Source: Deltaproteobacteria bacterium
GTDB taxonomy: Bacteria > Myxococcota_A > Polyangia > Fen-1088
DNA length: 64,000 nucleotides
Direction: 5' to 3'
Assembly: GCA_033763315.1 (NCBI GenBank)
Contig: JANRKS010000019.1
Location: forward strand, 320,001 to 384,000
In this document: positions 27,897-37,346 of the stretch, one piece after another
Numbering within the stretch: the first letter of the stretch is position 1
How the letters are laid out: each line of letters begins with the position of its first letter
Position numbers and translations under genes: made by a program
Notes under the pieces: generated by a model
Told to the model about the DNA's origin: nothing
Database searches by the model: none
Seen by the model: the letters and a program-made list of their open reading frames with translations, nothing else

Positions 27897-28586
27897 ATGA
27901 CCGCGGCCGAGGCCGGTGTGGCCTTGTTGCACCGGACGGCCGAACTGCTGGTGTCGCGTTTCGCGGAGGGCGATTTCCGTGACGAGGCCACGCGGGCGAA
28001 GTCCGAGTACTTTGAGCTCGGCGGGAAGGTTTTCGATGACGACGGTGACGTCTTCGAGGCGCGCTTGGCGTCCTTCCTTGAGTGGTATGTGATCGAGCGG
28101 CCGTTGCAAAAGCACGGCGTTGCGCCGGTGCGCGTGTGGCTGCGTGAGCTGGCACCGGACTCAGACACCGCGCGTGCCTTGGCGGTGCTGGCCACCAGCC
28201 ACCGCAGTTTGTTCGACGTTGGCGCCGTCACCGAACACGCCGTGGAGCTTGAAGACCTTTTGGGTGGCGCCCGCTTCTCTGTGACCGAGAGGCGCAGCAC
28301 GGTGGGCTTTGAACCCGGGCAGATCGTTGAAGCCCGGCTGTTGTGGGATGGCGAGCGCGTGGTGTTTGGCAAAACGTTCTTGTTTCACCCACGCGAAGCA
28401 CGCCAAGAGGTGTTGGATCTTGTGGACCACGGCTTATCCACGTCGCTGTCGCCCAACGACATTCTTTTCCAACTCGCTCGCTTGCATTTGCGTTGGTACC
28501 GCAGCCGTCAGATCTCCGCCGTTCGTATCTACGGCGAATCACGCGTCGCTGTTCCTTCTGAAACGCCAACTTCAGAACGCGCCTGA
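27897..28586 (+). CDS. Hypothetical protein
   Basis: Long ORF with coding-like composition between carA and coaBC (FLEWYVIER, SHRSLF, FLFHP). The start could be 27855 or 27897. Confidence 0.75.
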   Translation: MTAAEAGVALLHRTAELLVSRFAEGDFRDEATRAKSEYFELGGKVFDDDGDVFEARLASFLEWYVIERPLQKHGVAPVRVWLRELAPDSDTARALAVLATSHRSLFDVGAVTEHAVELEDLLGGARFSVTERRSTVGFEPGQIVEARLLWDGERVVFGKTFLFHPREARQEVLDLVDHGLSTSLSPNDILFQLARLHLRWYRSRQISAVRIYGESRVAVPSETPTSERA

Positions 28587-28630
28587 CTGCGTTCACAACG
28601 TTCGTCCGCAACTCGTGTAAACTTGGCGGT

Positions 28631-29857
28631 ATGTCAGCACCGCGCGCCAAGCGCATCACGCTAGGGGTCACCGGCGGCATCGCAGCTTATAAGGCGGCAG
28701 AACTATGTCGGCTGCTGGTCAAAGAAGGCGCCGAGGTGCGTGTGGTGATGACGCCGGCGGCGGAGTCGTTCATCACACCGCTGACGCTGCAAACCTTGTC
28801 GGGGCACAAGGTGGGCCGAACGCTGCTTGACGCCTCTGAAGAAGCTGAAATCGGCCACATCCGCTTGGCGGACGAAACAGAGCTCATAGTGGTGGCGCCA
28901 GCCAGCGCCGATGCCATCGCACGCATGGCGGCCGGCATGGCCAATGATTTGTTGACGGCCGTGGTGTTGGCCACGCGGGCCCCAGTTTTGTTGGCGCCCG
29001 CCATGAACGTGAACATGTGGGAAAACCCACTGACGCAAGCGAACCTCGCGCGCTTGCTAAACACGGGCCGCTTCTTCACCGTTGGGCCCGATGCGGGTGC
29101 TTTGGCGTGCGGGTGGATAGGGGCGGGGCGCATGATGGAGCCCGCAGCCATTCGCGACGCCGTCGTCGAACGGTTTGCGCGTGCGGGTGAGTTGGCGGGC
29201 AAACACGTGGTGATCACCGCGGGGCCAACCTTCGAGCCGGTGGATGCCGTGCGTTTTTTGGGGAACCGCTCTTCGGGCAAGATGGGGTTTGCGCTGGCCG
29301 CCGAGGCCGCGGAACGAGGCGCACACGTGACCCTGGTGGCGGGGCCCGTCAGCCTGCCCACGCCCAGTGGCGACATCGACCGCATCAACGTGCAAACCGC
29401 GCTGCAAATGCAAGCGGCTGTGCAGCAAGCCGCCGCCAACAGCGACGCGGTGATTATGACCGCCGCCGTCGCTGATTTTCGGCCGCTTGACGCCGCCTCG
29501 GGCAAGCTGTCGCGGCGTGAGGGCCCCACGCCGCCCTTGGCTTTGACCGCCAATCCCGACATCCTTGCCGGGCTCGGCGCAAGCCGAACGGGCGGGCGGC
29601 CCTTGCTTGTGGGCTTCGCGGCCGAAGTCCTTTCCGACCCTTTGGCGCTGCAGGCACGCGCACTACAGAAAATGGCCGAGAAACGCTGCGATGCCATCGT
29701 GGCCAACGACGTCGGTGACCCATCCATTGGCTTTGGCAGCGAGGAAAACGCCGGGGCTCTGCTGTTTGCTGACGGTGCCGTGGTGGACTTACCCCAGGCC
29801 AGCAAGCGAGCCTTTGCCAGCGCGGTCTGGAACCACTTGGTGGGGCGCTTGCCGTAG
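28631..29857 (+). CDS. coaBC: Phosphopantothenoylcysteine decarboxylase/synthase
   Basis: GVTGGIAAYKA, APAMNVNMW, TAGPT.E, NRSSGKMG, AAVADF and VGFAAE motifs. Confidence 0.96.
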   Translation: MSAPRAKRITLGVTGGIAAYKAAELCRLLVKEGAEVRVVMTPAAESFITPLTLQTLSGHKVGRTLLDASEEAEIGHIRLADETELIVVAPASADAIARMAAGMANDLLTAVVLATRAPVLLAPAMNVNMWENPLTQANLARLLNTGRFFTVGPDAGALACGWIGAGRMMEPAAIRDAVVERFARAGELAGKHVVITAGPTFEPVDAVRFLGNRSSGKMGFALAAEAAERGAHVTLVAGPVSLPTPSGDIDRINVQTALQMQAAVQQAAANSDAVIMTAAVADFRPLDAASGKLSRREGPTPPLALTANPDILAGLGASRTGGRPLLVGFAAEVLSDPLALQARALQKMAEKRCDAIVANDVGDPSIGFGSEENAGALLFADGAVVDLPQASKRAFASAVWNHLVGRLP

Positions 29858-29910
29858 CGCCACGGCCACTTCGCGTTTACATGACCTGGCGGTTCGGCTA
29901 GGGTGCTCGG

Positions 29911-30888
29911 GTGTCCCTCCGACGCGAAGAGCTCCTTGAAAACTACAGGGAAACCGCCGGCCAATGTTTGCTCGCCGCGGGCGACAGTTTGGCGCGCCGC
30001 CAGTTCATGACCGGCCCCCTGCGCGGCAGCGTGGCGCGTTGGGAGGGCGAGGACACGGAAGATTTTCACGGCACTTTGGCATCGGTTTGGCTGTGGTCGC
30101 GTGCCCAGCTCGTGTCAGGCGAGGCGCGTTTTGGTCTGAACGTGGGCGCCGCTTGGCACTTCATCGAGGGCGCTTGGGATCGCTTAGTGCCCGCGTCCCT
30201 CAGCGAAGAGGCCAGTGACGAGGCCGTGTTTGATTGCGCGCTTGTTTTACGTGCCGGCCTGGCTACGTTCTCGCTCACACGCAGCGGGGATTGGCGCCGC
30301 TATGCCGACCGCGCGGCGCGTTTGCTTGCCGCGTATTTGGGTGATCTCGAGGACAAAACCTTGCGCGGCTTTTCCGATCCTGGCTTCGCGGTGTGGCAGC
30401 TGGCGGACTACGCAAGAGCCACAGGCGATCGTGGGTTGTTGTCGGCGGTGGCGCGGTTCGTGGATCGCACTTGGAGCACGAAGGTGGCACCCAATTTCAA
30501 GAACGAGCCGCAAGTCACCGACGACTTGTTCGATTTCGTCAGCACCGCGGCCACAAGCACGCTGGCTCTCATGGCCGCTGAAGGCGAGACGCCGTTTGTG
30601 GGAAGCTGGCTGCGCGAGCGTGTGGCACCACATTTCCCCGCGACCTTTACGTCGCGCGCGCAGGATGAGAACAGTTGGAACGCCTGTGTCGCCGCGGCCG
30701 CCGGTCGTGCATACGTGATCTCTCACGACGATCGCTATCTGGCGTGCCACCAGGACATCACAAAAGAACTGATGCACCGGGCGCAGCTCACCGGCGGGGC
30801 CCCGGGCCGGGCCTTGGGCTTTGGCGCCGAAACTTTGCCCACGTTCTTTTACGGCGTGGCGCTCGACTCGTTGGTTGTGGGGCGATGA
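29911..30888 (+). CDS. Hypothetical, probably alpha-helical protein
   Basis: 325-aa ORF coupled to udg by an ATGA overlap; no recognised motif. Confidence 0.7.
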   Translation: MSLRREELLENYRETAGQCLLAAGDSLARRQFMTGPLRGSVARWEGEDTEDFHGTLASVWLWSRAQLVSGEARFGLNVGAAWHFIEGAWDRLVPASLSEEASDEAVFDCALVLRAGLATFSLTRSGDWRRYADRAARLLAAYLGDLEDKTLRGFSDPGFAVWQLADYARATGDRGLLSAVARFVDRTWSTKVAPNFKNEPQVTDDLFDFVSTAATSTLALMAAEGETPFVGSWLRERVAPHFPATFTSRAQDENSWNACVAAAAGRAYVISHDDRYLACHQDITKELMHRAQLTGGAPGRALGFGAETLPTFFYGVALDSLVVGR

Positions 30889-31700
30889 GCGATCCACGCG
30901 CTGAACTTCGCGCGCTTACCGCCCAATTTCGCACGCGCTTGGCCTGGTCCGCCCGCTGGGGCGCTTTGGGCGTGCCCGGTGGAGCCAGTCCGCGCACCCT
31001 CACGGTTGACCCCGGACCCGCGCAAACGCCGCACGATGCGAAACCAGCCGAAGAAGAAATCGTGCCTCTGTCGACGGGCGGCGAAGGCGCATGTGTGGGG
31101 CAGGCGCCCGCGGTTCATGCGGATGGTTTGGCGCTCGTACGCGAAGAGATCGGCGATTGCCAGCGTTGTGGCCTGTGCCAGACGCGCAAGAACATCGTGT
31201 TTGGTGTGGGCAACCCGAACGCCGATCTCGTGTTTGTGGGCGAAGCGCCGGGCGGCGATGAAGACGCGCAAGGCGAACCGTTTGTGGGTGCCGCTGGGCA
31301 GTTGCTCACGAAAATGATCGAAGCCATGGGCTTCTCTCGCGACAGTGTCTATATCTGCAATGTCATCAAGTGCCGGCCACCTGGCAACCGCAACCCGCTG
31401 CCTGAAGAGGTGGCGGCATGTGAGCCGTTCTTGAAAAAACAACTGGCTACCCTGCAGCCCCGCCTGATCGTGGCGCTGGGTAAATTTGCCGCGCATTGCT
31501 TGCTTCGCACGGAAACGCCCATCACGCGTTTGCGCGGCACGTGGGGCACGTACGAAGGCATCGCCACGATGCCCACCTTTCACCCGGCCTATTTGCTGCG
31601 TAACCCCGATGGCAAGCGCTTTGTGTGGCAGGATCTGAAGGCGGTTCTCGCGTCGCTTAAGCAAATGGGCATCGAACCGCCGCATCCACCCCGGGCCTAA
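30885..31700 (+). CDS. Uracil-DNA glycosylase family 4 (Fe-S)
   Basis: [29 protein letters not shown] and TFHPAYLLR motifs. The ATG at 30885 overlaps the upstream stop. Confidence 0.93.
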   Translation: MSDPRAELRALTAQFRTRLAWSARWGALGVPGGASPRTLTVDPGPAQTPHDAKPAEEEIVPLSTGGEGACVGQAPAVHADGLALVREEIGDCQRCGLCQTRKNIVFGVGNPNADLVFVGEAPGGDEDAQGEPFVGAAGQLLTKMIEAMGFSRDSVYICNVIKCRPPGNRNPLPEEVAACEPFLKKQLATLQPRLIVALGKFAAHCLLRTETPITRLRGTWGTYEGIATMPTFHPAYLLRNPDGKRFVWQDLKAVLASLKQMGIEPPHPPRA

Positions 31701-31745
31701 AGCTTTTCCAGCCGCCTGTCGATGACCCTCCCTAGGGGTTCCGTC

Positions 31746-32501
31746 ATGCGCATCACAGGCCCGCAGCAAGATGTGTCACTGCCGCCGTCTATCTCGACAG
31801 GGCTGCAAAACCGCGACGAACGCGCTGGCCTGGATCGCAGCAGCGTGCGTCCGGTTCAAGTGAGCCTGTCCGAAGAGGCGCAAGACAAGCTCAAGCAGCG
31901 TGCGGCTGGGGGCGAGCCCAAGACCGAGAAAAGCAAGCGCGACGGCGGTGAAGCGGTCAAGCCCGAGGGCAAGGAGCTCAGTGCCGACGAGCAGGAGCAA
32001 GTGCGAAAGCTGGCTGCACGTGACGCCCAAGTGCGAGCCCACGAGGCTGCCCATGCGGCGACCGCAGGCGCTTTAGGCGGCGGTGCTTCATTCGATTACG
32101 AGCAGGGCCCCGATGGCAAGCGTTATGCGGTGGGCGGCGAGGTGCCCGTGCAGGTGCAGTCGGGCAGCTCACCGGAAGAGACCATCCGTAACGCCCAGAC
32201 CGTTCGTTCCGCCGCACTCGCGCCGGCCGACCCTTCGGGGCAAGACCACGCCGTGGCCGCCGAAGCTGCGGCGTTGGAGGCCCAAGCACGGGAAGAGCTG
32301 GCCGCCAAGTCCCGGGGCGAGGTTGAAGGTGAAGATCGGGGCGGGGGGGGCGCGAAAGCTTCGGCCGAAAAACCCGAGCCTGGGGCCGTGTTGAGCAAGC
32401 TTGAGACAGAGCGCAAGCAGGCGTACGGCGGCCGTGGCCATGACCACGGCGACACAGGTTGCGGCTTTTGTAGCAAGGCTGCATCCAAATACGCCGCTTA
32501 G
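31746..32501 (+). CDS. SprA-related (CJM1_0395-like) family protein
   Basis: RDAQVRAHEAAH, GPDGKRYAVGGEV and AALAPADPSGQD motifs. Confidence 0.85.
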   Translation: MRITGPQQDVSLPPSISTGLQNRDERAGLDRSSVRPVQVSLSEEAQDKLKQRAAGGEPKTEKSKRDGGEAVKPEGKELSADEQEQVRKLAARDAQVRAHEAAHAATAGALGGGASFDYEQGPDGKRYAVGGEVPVQVQSGSSPEETIRNAQTVRSAALAPADPSGQDHAVAAEAAALEAQAREELAAKSRGEVEGEDRGGGGAKASAEKPEPGAVLSKLETERKQAYGGRGHDHGDTGCGFCSKAASKYAA

Positions 32502-33082
32502 CGCCTAAGTGCCGCGCGCATGGCGGGCCAATCCGCGGCCCACACAACGCCACGCTTACGCCAGATCAGCGGCATCCGCTGCCCGGCGGGTGTGCCCAAA
32601 CAGTGATGATAAAGAGCATCGATGCGCGTATAGAACCCACGCGTGTGGGGCGTGTCAGCGCAGCCAAAGTGCTTGACGTCGAGGTGGTGCAAGAACTCGT
32701 GAACCAGTGTGTTCAGCAGGCCGCGGAAGCTCGTGATTTTTCCAAGCACCGCCGTGCGCATCCACACCCGGATCTTTTGCGTCTCAAACGTGTAGTCGCC
32801 GAACAGCTCATAGCTGCCGTGGCCTTCCAAAACTTTGTGCGGCCGCAGACCCAGCACTGAAAGCGCCGGTGGATCCACGGCGTAATGTTGAGCCAGGTGC
32901 ATCAACAGCGCGAGGCCAGCTTTGCGCACAGGCGGCGCCAGCCCCGTTGCCAACGCCTCAGCCACAGCCGCGGCCAAGCTCTGCGTTAGCGCTGCGTCCG
33001 GCAAGGGCAGGGAGAGGCGACGATCGCTTTCGTCAAACGCCCGCCGCTCCTGCGGGTCGCGTGGAGGAGGATCCGTGACCAC
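32498..33082 (-). CDS. Putative zincin metalloprotease (SprT/WLM/YgjP-like)
   Basis: LNTLVHEFLHHLD...HTRGFY (HExxH plus distal His). Confidence 0.7.
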   Translation of the reverse strand: MVTDPPPRDPQERRAFDESDRRLSLPLPDAALTQSLAAAVAEALATGLAPPVRKAGLALLMHLAQHYAVDPPALSVLGLRPHKVLEGHGSYELFGDYTFETQKIRVWMRTAVLGKITSFRGLLNTLVHEFLHHLDVKHFGCADTPHTRGFYTRIDALYHHCLGTPAGQRMPLIWRKRGVVWAADWPAMRAALRR

Positions 33083-33126
33083 GCCATGGGCTTAGCACGA
33101 CACCTGCGACGGCGGTCGCGCTTGCG

Positions 33127-33150
33127 TTATACGGAAACGCAACCGTATAA
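33127..33150. promoter_or_regulatory. Perfect 8-8-8 inverted repeat overlapping a sigma-70-like promoter
   Basis: TTATACGG-AAACGCAA-CCGTATAA overlaps TTGCGT-N18-TATAAG (33122-33151) in a divergent intergenic region. Confidence 0.55.
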
Positions 33151-33404
33151 GTTGGCGGTGCCGTCCGCAACGGACGCATGGCGCGCCTGCTTGCAAACAT
33201 CCCTGTCTTGCGCGCGGGGCTGCCACCACTGCTCATCGCCCAGGAGAGCCGGCGCGAGTCGTTCATTGCTGCGCAATGGTAAGCCTTCGGATCGGAGAAA
33301 GGTTCGTCGAACGCCAGCGGTAGCGCGGCCAAGCGCGTGCGTGAGACTTGCAAGAAAATAGCGCTGGCCTCAAAGTGGTGGCCCCTCATTGGTTTAGGAA
33401 TTCC

Positions 33405-34271
33405 ATGACCACACGCGTTCGCTTCCTGTTCGCCGCCTGCGGCCTCGCGCTGGCCTTCGCTGGTTGTTCAACGGCGCTTTCCAGCTTCAACCCTGCACAT
33501 GTGCCGCGCAAGCACGGCGTTCACGCGGAGATGGGCATGGATGTGTCCGTGCCCACGGGCACAATCTCGAAGACGATCGATGCGGGCGAAAATTTGGCGG
33601 ACAAGGCGCAGAACAACCAGACGCTCACGCGTGAGGATCAGCTTCAGCTGTTCGATGCGGGCGTGAACTTGGCACTCAACCCGCCCTCGGTGCTTCAGCA
33701 CTTCGGCATTGCCTTTGCCCCGATTGCACGGACGGAAGTGTCGTTGCGCTTTGTCGGCGGTGGGTGGCGCGTGGGTGGGCGTTACCAATTGCTTGAACAA
33801 GGGGTGAACTCCTCGTGGGATCTCACGGTGGGCTTGGGCGGCATGCGCCAGGCGTATTCGTTCCCCATCGACAACGTGCTCGACATCGTTGAACTCAAAG
33901 ACTTCAATCGATTCACGGTTGATGTGCCGATCGCGTTTGGCCGCCGTGGCTCGTGGTATCGATTTTGGGGCGGCCCGCGGTTGCTGTGGACCACGGGCCA
34001 CACCGAAATGACGCTGAACCTTCCGCGCGTCTCGCAAGCCTTGTTGGCCACGGCCGACAGCTCAGGGATCTATTACGGCGTGCAAAGCGGGTTTGCCGTG
34101 GGCTACAAGCACGTGTTCTTCGGCTTTGAGCTCAACCTGGTTCAATTTCAAGGCTCGGGCACGCTCACGGCCATGACCTTCACCGATGGCCAAGTGGGAG
34201 AGACAACGCGCACTGTGGATCTCAGCGGCTTCGTCGTTTACCCGGGCATTGCTTTGATGGGCGAGTTTTGA
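33405..34271 (+). CDS. Lipoprotein with probable outer-membrane beta-barrel
   Basis: Lipobox LAFAGC and amphipathic strands ending YPGIALMGEF. Confidence 0.75.
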   Translation: MTTRVRFLFAACGLALAFAGCSTALSSFNPAHVPRKHGVHAEMGMDVSVPTGTISKTIDAGENLADKAQNNQTLTREDQLQLFDAGVNLALNPPSVLQHFGIAFAPIARTEVSLRFVGGGWRVGGRYQLLEQGVNSSWDLTVGLGGMRQAYSFPIDNVLDIVELKDFNRFTVDVPIAFGRRGSWYRFWGGPRLLWTTGHTEMTLNLPRVSQALLATADSSGIYYGVQSGFAVGYKHVFFGFELNLVQFQGSGTLTAMTFTDGQVGETTRTVDLSGFVVYPGIALMGEF

Positions 34272-34298
34272 GGCATTCCACAGCCTTTGACGCAGGCG

Positions 34299-34327
34299 TT
34301 GACACCCAGGATCCACAGGGTTAGTTT
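34299..34327 (+). promoter_or_regulatory. Sigma-70 promoter of the bactofilin cluster
   Basis: TTGACA-N17-TAGTTT upstream of the ATG at 34370. Confidence 0.6.
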
Positions 34328-34369
34328 GCGACCGGGCCAGCAGGCCTCGTTTAGGAAAGGATCCAGCGG

Positions 34370-34723
34370 ATGGCCGCAAAAGAACCCTGTCATATCGGAA
34401 GCAGCGTCACCGTCACGGGCCAGGTCTCGGGCAACCAAGATCTCGTCGTTGAGGGCCGCATTGAAGGCCGCGTTGGGTTGGACAGCCGCTTGGTGGTTGA
34501 ATCTGGCGGCGCGGTTGAAGCTGAAATCGAAGCCACCGAAGCCGAAATTCACGGCGCCGTCAAAGGTGACATGACCGTGAAGAAGACGGTTACGTTGCAC
34601 CAGTCGGCTCGCGTGATGGGCAACATTCGCGCCGCACAGTTTGTGTTGGCCGAGGGTGCACAGTTTACGGGCAACATCGAGATGGATGTTGAACTTCCAC
34701 CCGACGTGGTGGTGGGCGCCTAA
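34370..34723 (+). CDS. Bactofilin (BacN-like)
   Basis: IGSSVTVTGQVSGNQDLVVEGRIEG...EGAQFTGNIEM beta-helix repeat. Confidence 0.9.
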   Translation: MAAKEPCHIGSSVTVTGQVSGNQDLVVEGRIEGRVGLDSRLVVESGGAVEAEIEATEAEIHGAVKGDMTVKKTVTLHQSARVMGNIRAAQFVLAEGAQFTGNIEMDVELPPDVVVGA

Positions 34724-34754
34724 GGCGCTGCCTTTTATTGGATGAACAACTGAC

Positions 34755-35099
34755 ATGGCGAAACAAGACAAGGACGGCAAACCCATGGCGAATACGGTCA
34801 TCGGCACCAACATCACGATCGAAGGCGAGATTCGCGGCGAGGAATCGCTGACGATTCTCGGCACCGTGAAGGGCAAAGTCTCAGTTGCCCAGGGGTTGAC
34901 GATTGAAGCGGGCGCCAACGTGGAAGCCGACATCGAAGCGCAATCGGTCTCTGTGGGCGGCAAATTGCTGGGCAACGTGGTGGCCCGCGAACGCCTCGAA
35001 GTGCGCCCCGAGGGGCGAATGGTGGGCGACGCAAAAGCCGCTCGAATCGTGATCGCCGACGGTGCCTCGTTCAAGGGCAACGTCGACATGGACGTGTAA
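34755..35099 (+). CDS. Bactofilin (BacO-like)
   Basis: TVIGTNITIEGEIRGEESLTILG...IADGASFKGNVDM. Confidence 0.9.
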   Translation: MAKQDKDGKPMANTVIGTNITIEGEIRGEESLTILGTVKGKVSVAQGLTIEAGANVEADIEAQSVSVGGKLLGNVVARERLEVRPEGRMVGDAKAARIVIADGASFKGNVDMDV

Positions 35100-35102
35100 G
35101 CC

Positions 35103-35672
35103 ATGGCCGCCAAACAAACCGTTTTAGGGCAGGGCACCCATGTGGTGGGTGAAGTTCGGGGCGACGACGCCCTGGTGGTTTACGGGCGCGTCGAAGGGCG
35201 CATCGACATCACCGACGAATTGACGATCGAGCCAGGCGCCATCGTTCAGGCTGACGTGCAAGCGCGCAGCGTGGTTGTGTCGGGCGTCTTGGTTGGTGCC
35301 ATCACCGCGAGCGAATCTGTGCGCCTCACGCCGAAAGCGCGTGTGGTTGGTTCCATCGTGGCGCCGAAAGTCGGCATCGAAGCTGGCGCGGGATACCGTG
35401 GCCGGATCGAGATGGGCGAAGTGGATGTGCAGCGGTCGCAAAGCGCGGCTGCCAGTGCCGATCGGGGCCGCACGGCCACCGTCGCGGCAAAAGCTCCACC
35501 ACGGTTGGCATCGCCTGCGAAGGCGGCGTCGGTGTCAGCACCAGCCGCGCCGGCTCGGCCCGCCGCCGCTCCCGTGGCTCCACCTCGGGCCGTTTCGGCT
35601 CCACCCCGTCCCACCACGGTGGCGGCGCAAGCTCCCGCTTGGGCGCGCAAAAAAGCCACCAAGCGGCGCTAA
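35103..35672 (+). CDS. Bactofilin with Pro/Ala-rich basic C-terminal tail (BacP-like)
   Basis: Bactofilin domain followed by a disordered PA-rich tail ending RKKATKRR. Confidence 0.9.
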   Translation: MAAKQTVLGQGTHVVGEVRGDDALVVYGRVEGRIDITDELTIEPGAIVQADVQARSVVVSGVLVGAITASESVRLTPKARVVGSIVAPKVGIEAGAGYRGRIEMGEVDVQRSQSAAASADRGRTATVAAKAPPRLASPAKAASVSAPAAPARPAAAPVAPPRAVSAPPRPTTVAAQAPAWARKKATKRR

Positions 35673-35697
35673 CGCCACGCTTTTCGACACACTCAAG

Positions 35698-35733
35698 AAA
35701 CGCGCCCCGGAAGATCCCGGAGGCGCGTTTTTT
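35698..35733 (+). terminator. Rho-independent terminator after the bactofilin cluster
   Basis: AAACGCGCC...GGCGCGTTTTTT hairpin with T tail. Confidence 0.75.
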
Positions 35734-35798
35734 AATATGTCATTCCAATGACATTGCAACGGCACGCCGCATACGGGTGTGCTACCTTCGGCCCGCTC

Positions 35799-37208
35799 AT
35801 GTGCGGTGTCATCGGCATCTTTGGCCATCCTGAAGCCTCGAATCTTGCCTACCTGGGGCTGCACGCTTTACAGCACCGGGGGCAAGAATCTGCGGGCATA
35901 GTCTCGTCCGACGGGCAACGCCTTCGTTGGGTCAGAGAAATGGGTCTCGTCAGCGAAATTTTCGACGCTGACCGGCTTGCGCGGCTCCCGGGCTTCGCCG
36001 CCATTGGGCACGTGCGTTATTCAACCGCTGGCGAATCCAGCCTGAAGAACGCACAGCCCATCGCTGTGGATTATTCGGGCGGATCATTGGCGATTGCCCA
36101 CAACGGCAATTTGGTGAACGCCGACGAACTTCGCCACCGCCTTGAAAGCGAAGGTTCAATCTTCCAGACCACGTCTGACACCGAAGTGATTTTGCACTTG
36201 ATTGCAAAGTCCAAGGAAGTGGGCCTGCCCGAGCGCGTGGCAGACGCTTTGCGGTTCGTGCGCGGCGCTTACTCTTTGGCCGTGATGACCGAGAACACGC
36301 TGGTGGCGTGTCGCGATCCGATGGGCGTGCGGCCGATGGCGCTGGGGCGCCACAAAGACACGTGGGTGGTGGCGTCTGAGACGTGCGCTTTCGAGCTCAT
36401 TGAAGCCGAATATGTGCGCGACCTGGATCCAGGCGAGATGGTGATCGTGGATGAACATGGCTTGCGCAGCGTGCGCCCGTTCACCGCCGAAGCGCCTCAC
36501 CGCTGCGCCTTTGAATGGGTTTACTTTGCGCGCCCCGATTCCACGGTGGGCGGGCTTTCGGTTTACAGCGCCCGTGAGTCGATGGGCCGCCGGTTGGCCA
36601 CGGAACACCCCGTGGAAGCCGACGTGGTGATCCCGGTGCCCGATTCTGGTGTGGCCGCGGCCATCGGGTATGCGCGCGAAAGCGGCATTCCGTTTGGCCA
36701 GGGCCTGATGCGTTCCCACTATGTGGGCCGCACGTTCATCGAGCCCAGTCAATCGATTCGTCACTTCGGCGTCAAGCTCAAGCTCTCGCCGGTGCGAGAG
36801 GTGTTGCGTGGCAAGCGCGTGGTGGTTGTGGATGATTCCATCGTACGCGGCACGACGTCGCGCAAGATCATCGGCATGATTCGTTCCGCGGGCGCCAAGG
36901 AAGTGCACATGCGCATCAGCTCGCCGCCCACGGTGGGCCCCTGCCATTACGGCATCGATACGCCTTCGCGCGAGGAGCTGATCGCCGCCACGCACACGCA
37001 CGAAGAGATCCGGCAATTCGTTAATTGCGACACGCTTGGTTACCTTTCGATCGAGGGGTTGCACGCGTCCCTGGGCCGTTCGGCGGAGAAGGATGGGGAG
37101 GGCGGCCCAGGCAACAATGGGCTGTGCGACGCGTGTTTCTCGAATAAATACCCCATTGCCGTCGTGCCTCCGGCGCGGCTGCGTCAATTGCGCCTGATCA
37201 CGGCGTAA
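35799..37208 (+). CDS. purF: Amidophosphoribosyltransferase
   Basis: MCGVIG (N-terminal Cys), [23 protein letters not shown] and [12 protein letters not shown] motifs. Confidence 0.97.
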   Translation: MCGVIGIFGHPEASNLAYLGLHALQHRGQESAGIVSSDGQRLRWVREMGLVSEIFDADRLARLPGFAAIGHVRYSTAGESSLKNAQPIAVDYSGGSLAIAHNGNLVNADELRHRLESEGSIFQTTSDTEVILHLIAKSKEVGLPERVADALRFVRGAYSLAVMTENTLVACRDPMGVRPMALGRHKDTWVVASETCAFELIEAEYVRDLDPGEMVIVDEHGLRSVRPFTAEAPHRCAFEWVYFARPDSTVGGLSVYSARESMGRRLATEHPVEADVVIPVPDSGVAAAIGYARESGIPFGQGLMRSHYVGRTFIEPSQSIRHFGVKLKLSPVREVLRGKRVVVVDDSIVRGTTSRKIIGMIRSAGAKEVHMRISSPPTVGPCHYGIDTPSREELIAATHTHEEIRQFVNCDTLGYLSIEGLHASLGRSAEKDGEGGPGNNGLCDACFSNKYPIAVVPPARLRQLRLITA

Positions 37209-37346
37209 AGCGGGTCTCCGTCTTCCCTGGCCGCGGCGTGACGTCCACCACTTTGGTGGTTTACGGCTATTGACTTAGGTGTCCGATTTTCCGACTCTGC
37301 TTCGAATGTTTCGGGCGGGTAGGGAACCATCATCACCGGAGGCACC

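Noticed and set aside
28687-30069. Long antisense or alternate-frame ORFs (also 8310-9491, 4850-5767, 19076-19825, 25153-26163, 36156-37187, 37541-38740, 43925-44899)
   Set aside because: They shadow well-supported genes, have no motifs, and are expected from high-GC codon bias.
33215-33260. Cobalamin riboswitch resemblance (GGGGCTGCC...GCCCAGGAGAGCCGGC)
   Set aside because: The conserved GGGAA, GCAACTGT and GCCACTG elements are not found in the right order; kept only as an unassigned structured-RNA candidate.
34275-34320. Two TCCACAG motifs as DnaA boxes or an origin
   Set aside because: Only partial matches, no AT-rich unwinding element, and the region is too short.
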